Shown piece by piece: positions 13,594 through 26,112 of a DNA stretch of 64,000 bases. Location: the NCBI GenBank assembly GCA_028534125.1, contig CM052832.1, positions 6,884,001-6,948,000 of the forward strand, given 5' to 3'. Source of the stretch: Lama glama (lineage: Eukaryota). Every line of letters starts with the position of its first letter. Positions within the stretch are counted from its first letter, which is position 1. The notes beneath the pieces were generated by a model that saw nothing but the letters and a program-made list of their open reading frames with translations, searched no databases and was not told the origin of the DNA. A program made the translations under genes and the position numbers.

Positions 13594-13976
13594 ACTCTTC
13601 CATTTAATGCCCCAAGGACATAGTCTGAGCCCGAGCCCTGCCTGCCTGCTCTGTCCTCCATCGGCAGGGGGCTCTGTTGACTCCGAGATCTGAGACAGAG
13701 GGATGTCGTCCTGTCTACCTGGTTGAGTTTACACCAAACTGTCCAATGAAGCTACGGCAGAAAACAGGAGTGCTTGCTGGGACGTGACGTGGGGTCCCCA
13801 TTGCCAACACCTTTTTAGCCTTCCCCGATATGTTCACCTTCTCTGCCTGAAGCTCCTGTGTGGGCTACCTGGAGAGTACGTCTCACCTTCCTTGTGTGGA
13901 ACTAAAAAGACTCTAACAAGCAGTTGCCTCAACTTTGGCTGCACAGACAACAGCTGGGGAGCTTTAAAAACAAGCC

Positions 13977-14476
13977 NNNNNNNNNNNNNNNNNNNNNNNN
14001 NNNNNNNNNNNNNNNNNNNNNNNNNNNNNNNNNNNNNNNNNNNNNNNNNNNNNNNNNNNNNNNNNNNNNNNNNNNNNNNNNNNNNNNNNNNNNNNNNNNN
14101 NNNNNNNNNNNNNNNNNNNNNNNNNNNNNNNNNNNNNNNNNNNNNNNNNNNNNNNNNNNNNNNNNNNNNNNNNNNNNNNNNNNNNNNNNNNNNNNNNNNN
14201 NNNNNNNNNNNNNNNNNNNNNNNNNNNNNNNNNNNNNNNNNNNNNNNNNNNNNNNNNNNNNNNNNNNNNNNNNNNNNNNNNNNNNNNNNNNNNNNNNNNN
14301 NNNNNNNNNNNNNNNNNNNNNNNNNNNNNNNNNNNNNNNNNNNNNNNNNNNNNNNNNNNNNNNNNNNNNNNNNNNNNNNNNNNNNNNNNNNNNNNNNNNN
14401 NNNNNNNNNNNNNNNNNNNNNNNNNNNNNNNNNNNNNNNNNNNNNNNNNNNNNNNNNNNNNNNNNNNNNNNNNNNN
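13977..14476. other. Assembly gap (500 N)
   Basis: Run of exactly 500 N, probably a placeholder length. Confidence 0.99.
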
Positions 14477-14639
14477 ATCTTAATAAGGATTTGTTGAACA
14501 AATGAGTGAATGTGGACAGGTAGATCCAGATGTCTACCATGAGCTTGAGCAGGAGGAAACAAAGATAAGAAACACCACGCTGCTTTCTAAAAGTTTGTTG
14601 GGGCTGTGGGCGTGTAAAGTGATGATTATGATACAGGAA

Positions 14640-15460
14640 GCGCTTAATTGAGGGATGAGTCAGTTCCTCCTGTACTTGAAGATCTTAGCTCTAGAGGGCA
14701 ACAGACACAGAAACAAATAACTTCAATGTAATAGAACAAGAATAGAGATTTGCATAATGTGTAATGGAGGCATGAGTTTTAAAGGATGAGAAAGAGTTTG
14801 CTGGCTGGGGAAAGGTGAGAGTGTTTCAAGTAGTGGGAGCAGAGACATGGAGGCAGGAAACAGCAGAGTGTGTGTGTAGGAAATCAGTCATCTTAAGCTT
14901 CCCAGAATCTTTATGGCCTGAGGCCAGATGAGTTCAGATGGGCAGACAGGTCACAAGCCATCACATTATGGTCCACACTGAGCCACTGAAGGCTTTTGAG
15001 CAAGGGCTGGTGTGACCCAGTGGGCATTATGAATGGCTCGCTCTGGTCACTGGGCAGAGAATGGATTTGAGGGGCAAGGTGAGGGGCCCAGACAGAGTGC
15101 AGTTAGGAATGACCATTCAGGCATGAGGCAATGCACCTGCGGCAACAGGGGTGAAAAGCGAAGAGATTTGAGAGTAGGGACTTGGTGACTAATTGGATTA
15201 GGGATGACGGAGGAATTAAACCAAAATAGGGTTTGGTTTCTGGTTTGGGTGATGGGAAAGATGACGGTGTCACTGACTGGGAAAGAAAACACAGGATAAG
15301 GAGATAATTTGGGGAAGAAGATTATTTGTGTGATCATTTGAGAATGTTGACTTTGAGGAAACTGGGACGCCCAAGGTATTTAATCAGCACGTAGTTTCAT
15401 ATTAGCACGAGGCTCTTGGGGAAGAGATAAAGGTTGAGAGTTAAGATCTGGGAATGAATG
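14640..15460 (-). mobile_element. L2 LINE fragment
   Basis: Purine-rich antisense L2 motifs gagccactgaaggcttttgagcaaggg; ggaacttggtgactaattggat; atgttgactttgagg. Confidence 0.7.
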
Positions 15461-16170
15461 AGTGAACTCCGGATGGCCCTGGATTTCCAGACAGGGACCT
15501 CATGAACCTCATCCATAACTCACTCGTAACCAGGCATCACTCCCAGAAGTTTATTGTCCCTCTGACGGCCCATCACACTGCAGATCTGAAATTAATTTGG
15601 GCCTAGATCCTTGAAGGTCCTTTGTTCTCAGGGGAGATGTTCTCCCCTGAGTCACAAGATTGGGAGCAGGTGGCTTTAGCCCTCATCTGTCAGTGTATCA
15701 GCATGCATCAGTTTCTCGTTTAATATTTGTTAGTTTGAATGACCCAGAGCCTGACTTTCAGGGAGATGTGGTACAGGATTAAGACATGAAAGTACATCAG
15801 AGAGTTCCAGAGGCCAGTGCTGGCTCTGCCACTCTCAGGCCCAGGGAATCTGGGCAAGTTATTTTACCTCCCTGAATCCAACTTTTCTGATCTTGTTAAC
15901 ATGGAAATAACAAGAAACATACCTGTTCTACTTTTCACGGCTGCTGGCATGATAAAATAAGAAGTCTTTTTGGAGGTCCCATGCAAATGCTGTCATTGTT
16001 CAAAGATGTCTGGCAGAGAGCCTACGCTTAGTAGGTCAACAGTCATCATATAAACTACCTGAAATACGCTCATTCATTTGCTTGGTTATTCAACCCATTT
16101 CCTCAACAAATGCCCATCAAGCGCCTGCTCTGTGTGAGGCTCATGGCTGGTAATGAGAGGACCACGGACG

Positions 16171-16661
16171 TCATGAAAAGACATGTGGACTGTTAAATGC
16201 ATAATGCTCAGTGAACGAAGCCCATCTGAAAAGGCTACATATTGTATGATTCCAGCTGGATGACATTCTGGAAACGACACAACTGTGGAGACAGTTAAAG
16301 ACCCCAGAGTGGTTCCCAGAGGCTAGGGAGGAGGGGATGATGACGAGGTGGAGCACAGAGGGTGTTCAGATCGGTGCAACTGCTCGGTGTGACACTACAG
16401 TGGTGGGGACACGCCGTTAGACACTTGTCAAAACCGATGGAATGTACAAGACCAAGAGCGCACCCAATGTCAACCTTGGGCTCTGGGTGATGAGGACGGT
16501 CAGTGCAGCTTCACGACTGTAGCCCATGTGGGCTCTGGTGAAGGATGCTGGTGGGGAGGGAGGCTGTGCATGGTGCAGGGTAGGGGGTACACGTAACTCT
16601 GTCCTGACTGCTCGATTTTTTAGTGAATCTAAAACCATTTTTAGAAAGTCTATTTAAAAAA
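16171..16661 (+). mobile_element. L1MC-like 3' end
   Basis: catgaaaagacatg...tctgaaaaggctacatattgtatgattcca...gacattctggaaa resembles the recalled L1MC1 3'UTR; ends aaagtctatttaaaaa. Confidence 0.8.
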
Positions 16662-17879
16662 TAGAGAGAGAGAGAGAGAATGGATTGCGTATGCCTTCTA
16701 GGTCACTACAGCTTACTGGAGTAGAGAGGAACATAAGCAGACCTTCAAACATCCATCAGTGGGAGGTGTCATTATGCTTGCGTCCAGGATGAGCAGGCTC
16801 CTTCCCTTTTTATTGTCCTGATATTTTGTCTTCATTTGTGACAAGCACATGCAGAGGGTCAGTACTGTTTATTGTTCAGACAGGACCCCCTTCAGCCTTA
16901 TTTACTGCAGGGTAAATGGTCGCCCCGTGGTGAGTGGCTCTGACTGCCCGTAGCCTCCCAGGACAGGGACGAGGTATGCTGTGCAGTCAGCACCCACATG
17001 GCTGGATGCACAGCATCCTTACGATGAGGGGGAGGGAGCAGAGGAGCTGGCCTTGACTAGTGAACTTGGCCAGACTACTTTGGCGTGGCTGTTGTGCATC
17101 CCTCTGCCTTTTAATTTGATGACGTCCCATGGGGAGTCGGGTGCGGTGAGGAAGGCACAGCTTAGGTCAACGTTTGTCCCTCTGGGCCTTAAGATTGAGA
17201 GGCTCCATTAAGGGCATTAAGTCTGGTGTTTACTGATGCAATTACCCTGTGCTGTGTGGACGGGGCATTAGTGACTGTTCCACATTCAGTTCTATTCATC
17301 CAGGGACTTAATTTTATGAGAGAGGAAAAAGTGACAATGGTTGGCTTTATGAGATTCCAAAAGAGCAAGGTAAAAAAGAATTCGTTTTACTGCAATTGAA
17401 TGAACTTCAAGGCATTTTTTAAAAACATAAAATCACTTTCATAAAATATCAGCCTTTGGAAGCGGGCTTGCTGCTCCCCGCATGCCCTAGCCTGGTGGAG
17501 ACGCAGCCAGTGAGCAAAACCAAGTGGGAGGGACCCTGAGATGAAAAACTTTACTGCAAAGGAGTCTTAGACTAATGTCTGTCTTTTGTACAGGGGTGCA
17601 ATGCGAACCTTTCCAAAGTGTATTTAACTGAGGAAATTATCCATCGTTACAGAGAAGTACAGAAAGTGACTGGCTGCAAACTCAATGTACCTTCAGTGGA
17701 GCCGTCTTTATTTCTTTGTGCTAGAACTCTTTCACTGAATGAAAGCCTCTGGGCAGATTTTCTCCAACAGTGTATTGACGTTACAAAGGCGGCAAAATGT
17801 AATTACATAGGAAAAGGTGAAAGTGTGATTCCACGATGTAGACCCTAGACCCTCAGTTCCTCATCATAAAATGCTTTGT

Positions 17880-18262
17880 TCTGTCTACTTCAGGGCCCTC
17901 ACACATGCTGTTCCTTTCTCTCTTCCCTTCGGTCTTTACATGACTGGCCCCTTTTTATCATTCAGGTCTGGGCTTAACCCTCCCCTCCTCAGAGAGGCCT
18001 TCCCCATGGACACTGCACAAAGGAGGTTCCCCCATTCTCCTCTGTGATTCTTTAGCATTGCAACCCAGATTCCCAGATAGTATTTTTCCCATTTTACAAT
18101 TATACATCCATTTCTTTGTTTACCTGTTTGTTCCGTCTCCCACGATGAACTGTGAGACCCACCAGGCAGTCAGGGGTTATGCACCTGGTTTATTCCCTGA
18201 GGTAGACCCAGTGTTCCCAGGAGTATTTGGTGTAAAATAGGTAGTCAATAGAGCAATGAATG
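17880..18262 (+). mobile_element. L2 LINE 3' end
   Basis: cacatgctgttcctt...tcctcagagaggccttccc...tagtcaatagagcaatgaatg. Other L2 pieces at ~2300-2420, 11885-12240, 34950-35400 and 49755-50210. Confidence 0.65.
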
Positions 18263-19344
18263 TGAAAATGATGAAGTAACTTTGGCCATGAATGTCTCAG
18301 TGGAGGAGGACTCATTTGTGAGGCAACTGGTGTAGATCAAAGTGCTATTTGGTTATAAAAATGTGGACAATGAGCATCTTTTTCAATATCAGGTCTACGT
18401 TAATTCTGTGTTTTCCTAAAACACATTATATCTCCTCAGCTAGAGGGGCTGAGGACTGGGAGCACCCCATGCGTGTTTTAGGCACTGTGAGCTCCTTGGG
18501 AAGGGGACTGGGACTTACCATAAATTTATCCCCAGCATTGAGCACAGTGCCTGGTACAGAACAGCCGACCAAGGTGTGCTTGCTGCATTTAACCAAAATG
18601 AGATATTTGAAGTGCTTTCTGCCTTCTCCCTGGAAGAAGGAAATTGAAACAATTCAAGGTAATACTCTGTGATTTTTCTGTCCAAGCTTTGTGGGTGTAG
18701 GGTTAATCTTCCTGGCAGATCATAAAAGATTGCACAGTTGGGGAAAATATATGACAAAAATAGAATCAAACCTTCCTCCCTGAATATAGGTTAAAGAGAA
18801 CCACTTATTACTGTGCTGCAGAAATAAATTTCTTCTGTGTCGGCTTAGCTCTGACCAGGTAATGATGCACAGAAATGTTTTATTCTATTTCTCTGAGTTC
18901 CTAAAGTAGAGAGAAAAAGAGAAAGATACAAGGAAATATATGGAAAGAAAGAAAAGACTCAAATACATATATGTTTCTGGAATTTTTTTCTCTGCTAAAA
19001 AAAAACACAATCAATTCCTGGAGACATTGTTTTATGATTTTATCATTTTATTCTGTAGCTCTATGTGATCACCTTACATCTACACACAGGACCTTTCTCT
19101 GTAACTTTGTCAATTCCTGAACATATTTTTATTTTCACCTTGTATCTTAGCTCATGAGCCTGAAAAGACTATATCGTGTTTTTATGAGGACTAGAACCTT
19201 AAAAATATACTTTGTATTCATCTCAGGATGTGGTCAACTTTCTAAAGTGCATCACCGTGTTGTTGAGACCTTTTTTCTATCATATGGAACAGCTCTTGCC
19301 CATAGCCCTCTTTCTTTATACTGTGCAGGTTCTAACTTTTGTGG

Positions 19345-19870
19345 ATATAAATCTCTAGTTGCAAACATCAGAAAACCCAACTCAGGATGGTCTGAGCCAA
19401 AAAGGGATTTTTACTGACCATCAGGATAGGAAATTTTAGGCACCCAGAGGTCCAGTCACTCAAACAATACACCAGAACACAGTCTTCCTTGCTCCATCTC
19501 TTGGCCCTTTTCTTTCCCTCTCTGTTGGCTTTACTCTCAGTCAGACTCTTGTCTCAGCAGTGGCAAGATAGTGTAGGCAGCTCCAGGATCATATCCTAGT
19601 TTCTCTGTAAAGAAAGGAAGAATTTTCTCTTAAACACATTTCTGACCAAAGTCTCAGAATTGAATCTCATTGGATCCAAGTTGGTCATGTGTCCATTTTG
19701 AACCAATCACTGTGCTCAGAGGAATTCGGTGCTCCCATTGGCCAACACGAGTCATCTGCCCACCCCGAAACTCCACTTGAGCCTGACGGGCTGTGAATGG
19801 AGAGGATGTAGAATCTTAAGGAAAATCGGGGTCCCCTCTAACAAAAAGGTGAATGGATTCTAGCTGTCAA
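19345..19870. mobile_element. Old MaLR LTR (MLT1J/K-like)
   Basis: gttgcaaacatcagaaaacccaactca; ggtcatgtgtccattttgaaccaatcactgtg motifs. Confidence 0.6.
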
Positions 19871-20611
19871 ACATCGTAACAACCCTTCACTTTTCCTTTC
19901 AGAACTTTATTCTGTTGGGTCATGGGCATCTGCCCACTTTCCTCAAAACATTCTGCATTCTGCTCCCACTTGTATAGATGCTGACTTTCCATCCCCACTG
20001 CCCGTCACCTCGCTTCTCCTCCACCCTGGTCCTCTTTAACAGCATGCCTTTTTTTGAGTTATTAAAGGCTGTCTCTGCTCAATTGGCAAAGTGAACCTAT
20101 TGGTCGAAATAGAACCAGATGTGTGGGTAAGAGCAATATGGGTCAACAATTGTTTTGGAATTTTGTTACATATATTTATCTTGGATGCTATCCAAGTTTT
20201 TAAAACATGGATTAGTATTTTTATGTGATCTTGCTGTGACTAATGTATGAACTTTGCCATTGAGGGAGGACCATCACCAGAGCAGCAAACCCTGCCGAAA
20301 ATGCACAGTGATGCAACAGAACATGACCTGGGATCACTTTTCTCCTGCCTTTTGTCTCCCATGGTTTTGCTTTCTCTGGGGGCTGGGCATTTTTTTATTT
20401 TGTGTGTGCCACTTCTTAGTCCCTGTTTCTTTTTTTCAGCTCATCTCTGGGTGTCTCTTAAGTTTAGCAGAGCAAAGGAGGGTTCCAGAATCCTCAAGTC
20501 TAGTCATTTCTTTTCTAAGACTGGCCATTCACTGATCCCACCAATTCAATAAGCAATTTCTAAATGTCTGTCAGTATCCAAATCTCATCCAACCACATCC
20601 TATTTCACATA

Positions 20612-20852
20612 CACAGTAAAGCACTGGTGGTTAAGAAGATGGGGAGACCTGGGCCAGAGTGCCAGATAAATGATTATAATTATCTGTGTGGCCTTGGACA
20701 AGTTACTTAACCTCTTTGAGTCTTTGCTTCCTCGTCTGTGAAATGAGACTAACAGCACCTGTCTCATTGGGTTATTATGAAGATGAAGTGAGCTAATTAG
20801 GGATTCAGAGTTCCCACACACAGTGGCCTTTTGGTAAATGTTAACTATCATT
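20612..20852 (+). mobile_element. MIR SINE
   Basis: Core tgtgtggccttggacaagttacttaacctctttgagtc...cctcgtctgtgaaatgag. Confidence 0.8.
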
Positions 20853-21889
20853 TTGGTTGTATAACCCTCTCCTATGTTTCAGTTCAAAATTAGAATATTT
20901 ATAAAAACTCCGCACTGTAAAGTCTATTTCACTAACATCAGCCTTGGAGTGATATAAGCACAGAATTCCAAGTGGAGGAGGAGGCTGTGAATAAAAGAGG
21001 TGCCAGTTATTCATTAACTGATTCCATCAGCCATTATTTAACGAGCATGTACACTGTCCTGGGAGTATTATCAGCTTGCTTGCAAGCTGATAGAAAGGGG
21101 CAGTTGCATTCTGTGGGTTATGCTGAAGGGACACCAAACTGGATTCCTGTCCTCAAGGACCTTCCACTCTTGTGAAAAAGACATGACTTGACCCATGAAG
21201 GAATTCCAGGAAGGAATAATAATAGGAGTTAAGACTGCTCAGTTTCAGGAGGGGACCTGTACACAGCGTATTCTCAGAGGGTTCTAGAAAGAGCATGTCA
21301 CCCCCAAAACACAAGGGGAAGGAATAAGTAATGAGTGAATCAGCAGGATGAGTGACAGTTGTTGACATGGACTCTGGGCTTCAGTCCAGCCTACTCCCTG
21401 GCCTCTCCCTGTGCTGAGCACAAGCAGGCAGATTGCTGTGAGGACAAAGATCACTGGCAATGTTGGACACACCCGAGAGCACATTAGTTTATAAAGGAAC
21501 AGAACCAGCGACCCAGCCCAATCCGCCTCACAGCCCAACCTGTGACCTCATGCAGGTGGAAGGACCCATCTTCCTTTGTCTACACCCACTAGGTCCTCCC
21601 ACAGAGACATGATATGACCGGTGCTTCCACCGGTGTCGTCAAAATCGGTCAGTCCCCTCAGCTGGAAGCTGAAACCCTTGGGATTGTCCAAGAGATCCTC
21701 TGTAGAGAATGTAAGGGTGGAACGACCTACTGCTATAGAAATAGCTGCTACCCTGGGCAGAATGAGTGGGTTCGACTAAATATCGTTAAGTACACAAGAG
21801 TAGGAGCTTGTCGTGAATGATATGCTTACACTCTGGTGCTGGGTAAGGTGAACGTTTTGGGAAGATCTTTTAAGGATCATCATGGTTTC

Positions 21890-21891
<2 letters not shown>

Positions 21892-21929
<38 letters not shown>
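21892..21929. repeat. (CAT)n microsatellite
   Basis: Perfect tandem CAT run. Confidence 0.95.
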
Positions 21930-21930
<1 letters not shown>

Positions 21931-21939
21931 ATATACACA

Positions 21940-23009
21940 TTCTTTTTCTCTTGTTAATATAGCTAGAAGTTTATTAATTCTATTGGTCTTTTCCAAGAAC
22001 CAGCTTCTGGTCTCATTAATTTTCTCCACTGTTTTGTCTTTTTAAAGTTCTATTAATTTCTGTTCTTATATTTATTATTTACTTCTTCTTCTTGCTTTGT
22101 GTTTCGTTGGCTATTGTTTTTCTAATTTTTTAAGGTGGAAGCTTAGACTATTGATTTGAGACCTTTCTTCTTTTCTAAAGAGAATATTTCACATATAAAA
22201 TTTATATATGTTATACCTATACTTACGTGTGTTATACACATATATGTAATATATTTATAAATAATACTTGTATGTATTATACCTATACATTTCTTTCTAG
22301 GTACTGCATTAGCTGCATATTTGTCTTTTCCTCCTTTCAGTTCTATTACTTTTGCTTTATATATTTTGAAGCTTAGTTATTAAGGACATACACATTTAGG
22401 GTTGTTGTATCTTCCTGATGAGCTGACTCTTTTATCATTACATAATCTCCCTCTTTATCCATGATGATCTCCTTGTTCTGGAGTCTGCTTTGTTTGGTAT
22501 TAATACAGTGACTAACTTTCTCTTGATTAATGTTTGCATGGTATCTTTCCTCATATTTTTACTTTAATTTATCTATATCATTATGTTTGAAGTGAGACTC
22601 TGTAACAGCATAGAGTTGAATTTTGGATTGTTTTTTTTAATCCAGTCCAACAATCTCCAGCTTTTAATTGATGTGTTTAGACTATTTATATTTAGTGTAA
22701 GTATTGAAATGGTTGGATTTATGTGTGCCATTTTATTACTAGTTTTCTGTTTTCCCTTTCCCCAACCTTTAGATGATTTGAATATTTCTTGCCATTACAT
22801 TTAAATTTTTCTATTGGGTTTTTTACTATATCTCTTTGCATAACTTTTCTCAGTCTGCTGTGAGTTCATAGCTTACCACTTGAAGTGAAGTAGAGAAACA
22901 TTGCAACAAATAAGGTCCTTTACCTTCACCCTTTATGTCATATAATTGAATCTGAATACATTGAAAACCCCATCAGATATGTTATAATTTTTGATTTCAA
23001 CAATCATAC
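21940..23009 (-). mobile_element. Old L1 (L1M-type) fragment: inter-ORF region and ORF2 endonuclease region, internally deleted
   Basis: Antisense L1 ORF2 motifs (ttggtcttttccaagaaccagctt; catacacatttagggttgttgtatcttcctgatg; tttttaatccagtccaacaatctc). Degenerate, no open ORF. Confidence 0.8.
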
Positions 23010-23115
23010 AAAAATATGGGTGTGACACAGATTTGCATGTTATCCTTCCCTTGGGGCCATGCTAATCTGCTCTGTATTGTTCCAGTTTTAGTGTAAGTGC
23101 TGCCAAAGTGAGCAT
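23010..23115 (-). pseudogene. RNU6: U6 snRNA retropseudogene, full length
   Basis: Reverse complement reads ATGCTCACTTTGGCAGCACTTACACTAAAACTGGAACAATACAGAGCAGATTAGCATGGCCCC...CCATATTTT, colinear with U6 including the ACAGAG box, with CpG decay and many substitutions. Confidence 0.93.
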
Positions 23116-24257
23116 TTAGTATGTTTTTGAAGTGCTTTCCTGATAAGGATTTAACCAAAACTTGCACCAAGTTTATGAAACTATGATTATCAGAAATACA
23201 GTCTATGATCAAGGAAGTGTTTTTCTCTGAAGAAAACTGGAACTGACTAACCAATTTTGCTTTGACATTAAAGGGCATAAAATGAAGCCTTTTAAATCTG
23301 GAACTTAAAAAGCAGAATGTGAAATTAAAAACTAGAAATATGCACAGAAATATTTTATGACCAAAGCAGAATATTTTTCAAAATAAAAGTTTATAATATT
23401 AAGATAAGCAGTTACCTGCAAAGATGTTCAGATGGGAGGTATTATCTGGAAATTAAAAGGGAACTGCTTCATTTTTCAGTAAGTGGTAGATATTTGGAGA
23501 AAATGAAGTAAAAGCCAACTCTGTCAGGTGTGGGATTAAGGAAAGTGGAGGTCATGTCACATATTGTTTAGCTCATAGCCAAGAAAATAATCACATGGGT
23601 AAGGCATCTTTCTCTCTCTCAAAAAAAAAAAAAACCCTCAAAGGCATTTTAGCATATAATTTTATACCTCTTCCACACTGCTATTGCAAATATTGTCTGT
23701 GGCCCCATGCGGGAAAGTGATGAGTCTGTAGTGCACGCAGCGCAGCGAAGGTGGCTGTCTCCCTCTGTAACCTTGTCCTTCCCAGAGTATGCAGTCACTG
23801 GCTGGGAATGTACAGCTGGGAAGGTGACTGTTTCTCTAAAGGCCTTTGGTGATGTAAGCCCAAAACCAAGGAGGAGAGCAGTTAAACCTCACCTTGACAA
23901 AGCTATCGTGTATCGTGTACGGTGAGGAGACACTGCACTTGGATTTTATGGGGAAACAGCCTGTCGTAAAGGGTGGTCATCTTCTCTGCCAATCAGGTGC
24001 CTGACCATTCTGGAAGGTTCAACTGTAGTGCCTTCTGCTCTCTGAGGCCTTTCTCTCTGGCCACTCTATCCGTGGTGAATAATCTGTCTATGTGCTGACT
24101 TATGTAGCCCCTCCATCTGCCCAATTCATGCGGCAGCCTTAGTTTTCCTTTTATGTGACTGTTATCCTGAAATAGATTTTAATCTCCATTAAGACCAGGG
24201 CAGTGTCTTTTGTGTTTTTCGCCCAGAGTGACTTACCCAGTGTGCACTAAGTTTGAG

Positions 24258-24495
24258 AGAGGCAGTTAGTAGAGTCATTAAGAGCATAGGCTCAGTCTGT
24301 CTGGGTTCAAATCCTGATTCTGCTGATTCCTAACCAAATGACTAGGGGCAAGTTACTTAAAGACTCTATGCCTCAGTTTCCCCACTTGTAAAATTGGGAT
24401 AATAGCCCTATCCATAAAGATTAAATAAGTTAAGACACATAGAGAGCTTAGCATTTTTTGCCTGTAACCTAATAAGTACTATTACTTACTATTAA
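24258..24495 (+). mobile_element. MIR SINE
   Basis: ctgggttcaaatcctgattctgc...ggcaagttacttaa...gcctcagtttccccacttgtaaaattgggataata. Confidence 0.8.
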
Positions 24496-24657
24496 GTGAT
24501 TAATTTTTTCTTAGAAAGCTGTGGAACAAATATATATTTGTAAGTAAAGCAAGATAGAGCACAAAAAGGACTGACTAAAGAGAAGGCAAAGAACACAAAC
24601 AGAAGTTGACTAGATTCCAGATGCAAAAGACTTAGCACCTGTTTTTTAAAGAAATAG

Positions 24658-25240
24658 AGGGTGGGACTGTAAAGTGGTACAACCACTTTGGAAAACTGGC
24701 AGTGTTTACTTGAGAAGAACATTCTTAAATTCTAGAACCAAGCAATTCCACTCCTGAGTGTATAGCCAACAGTTGTGTGAAAGGATGTTTGCTAGAATGT
24801 TCATAGCAGCCCCCTGGTAATCATTAACTGAAAACTATGCAAATGTCCATCAATGGAAGAATGAATAAATAAATTGTGGCAATAAAAATGGATGATTTCC
24901 AACTACACACAGCAGACTGGGTGAACCTCACCAATTTAAAGGCAAGCCAAGGAAGCCAGACGCCAAGGAGTTTATACTGTGTTTATTGTAAAATTCCAGG
25001 CCACACTAACCTGTGCTGTTACAAGTCCAGATAATAGTTACTCCAGGTGGATGTGAGCAGTGTAGAGCAGCTAGAGAGGAGAGACCAGGAGGAGCTTCTG
25101 GGGGTGTAGCTAACATTTTACTTCTTCATCTGGTGCTGGTTTCACGGATGGGTTCAGTTGTGAAAATTTATTGAACTGTGCACTTAACCATATATGCATT
25201 TTTCCAATGCATATTATACTTTACTAAAAAACGTTTAAAA
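24658..25240 (+). mobile_element. L1ME-like 3' end
   Basis: gtaaagtggtacaaccactttggaaaactggcag; agcaattccactcctgag; aaatgtccatcaatggaagaatgaataaataaattgtgg. Confidence 0.8.
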
Positions 25241-25988
25241 AGAGGACAGAAATAAATAAGAACAGAAAAGGAAGAAAAGAAAAGGGAAGAGCAACAGCCC
25301 AGAAGGTTAAAGAACATGGATCTGGGCTCGGGCTGCACCTGACCGGGTTGGCTCACCTCTCTATCTTACACCCCACCACCCGCAGCCCGTCCCTGCCTCC
25401 CTCTCCCCGCTGACCTTACTCGGTTGGTCGAGCACGAGGCGGGCAAATGCACATTTTTCAGGGTCCTTGCGTTCCCTTCCCCGCTCTCCACAGCCCCTTC
25501 CCACTCTGAGCATCGCTAAGGCCGGTAGAAGAGTAACTTGGAAGAGCTGATGCTTCATTAATGAAACGTAAGGCTTAAAGCCATCTCTCTTCCCTCCTCT
25601 CTCCTCGTCTCCCCTCCACTCCCTCCCGGCTCCACCTCTGCCAGGACATCCTCCGCCCGCCTGGCTGCTGCGGGTCCGCGGGGTGTGGGGTGCGGGGCGG
25701 GGGCCGCGTTCGCGGGGAGCCCCTCCCGCCCGCCCAGGCTGACCCCGCCCCGCGGCGCCGGCTATTTTGGGCGCTGGCGGCGACCGCGGGATCACTGCCG
25801 GCCGCGGATCCTGTGACACCTCCCAGTGCGCGGCACTTGTTGCTCCCAGGACCTGCTGCCCATCCCTGAGCCCACCTTTCCCTCAGGTCCCCTGTCCCCT
25901 CCTGGCTTGTCCCCTTTCCGGGTGATCGCCGGGGCCCCCAGATCTCTCAGGCACTGCTGTCACCGGCTTGAGACATACATTAAAAACC

Positions 25989-25998
25989 GATAAATAAA
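25989..25998 (+). promoter_or_regulatory. TATA-like box (GATAAATAAA)
   Basis: AT-rich patch inside the CpG island about 120 nt upstream of the ATG; would place a TSS near 26020-26027 (CTGTCAGC). Confidence 0.55.
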
Positions 25999-26112
25999 CG
26001 CCGCTCCGCAGGGGGCCCCGCTGTCAGCAGCAGCAGGAGCAGGAGCGCTGACCCGGGCGCCGCTGAGGTGGCGCCTCCCCGGCCCGGGACACTGGCCCCG
26101 GGCGCCGACGGC

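Noticed and set aside
13784..14562. Long ORFs of about 200-240 aa
   Set aside because: Artefacts of translating through the N gap.
23010..23115. Functional U6 gene
   Set aside because: Many substitutions, CpG decay and no recognisable upstream PSE/TATA arrangement.
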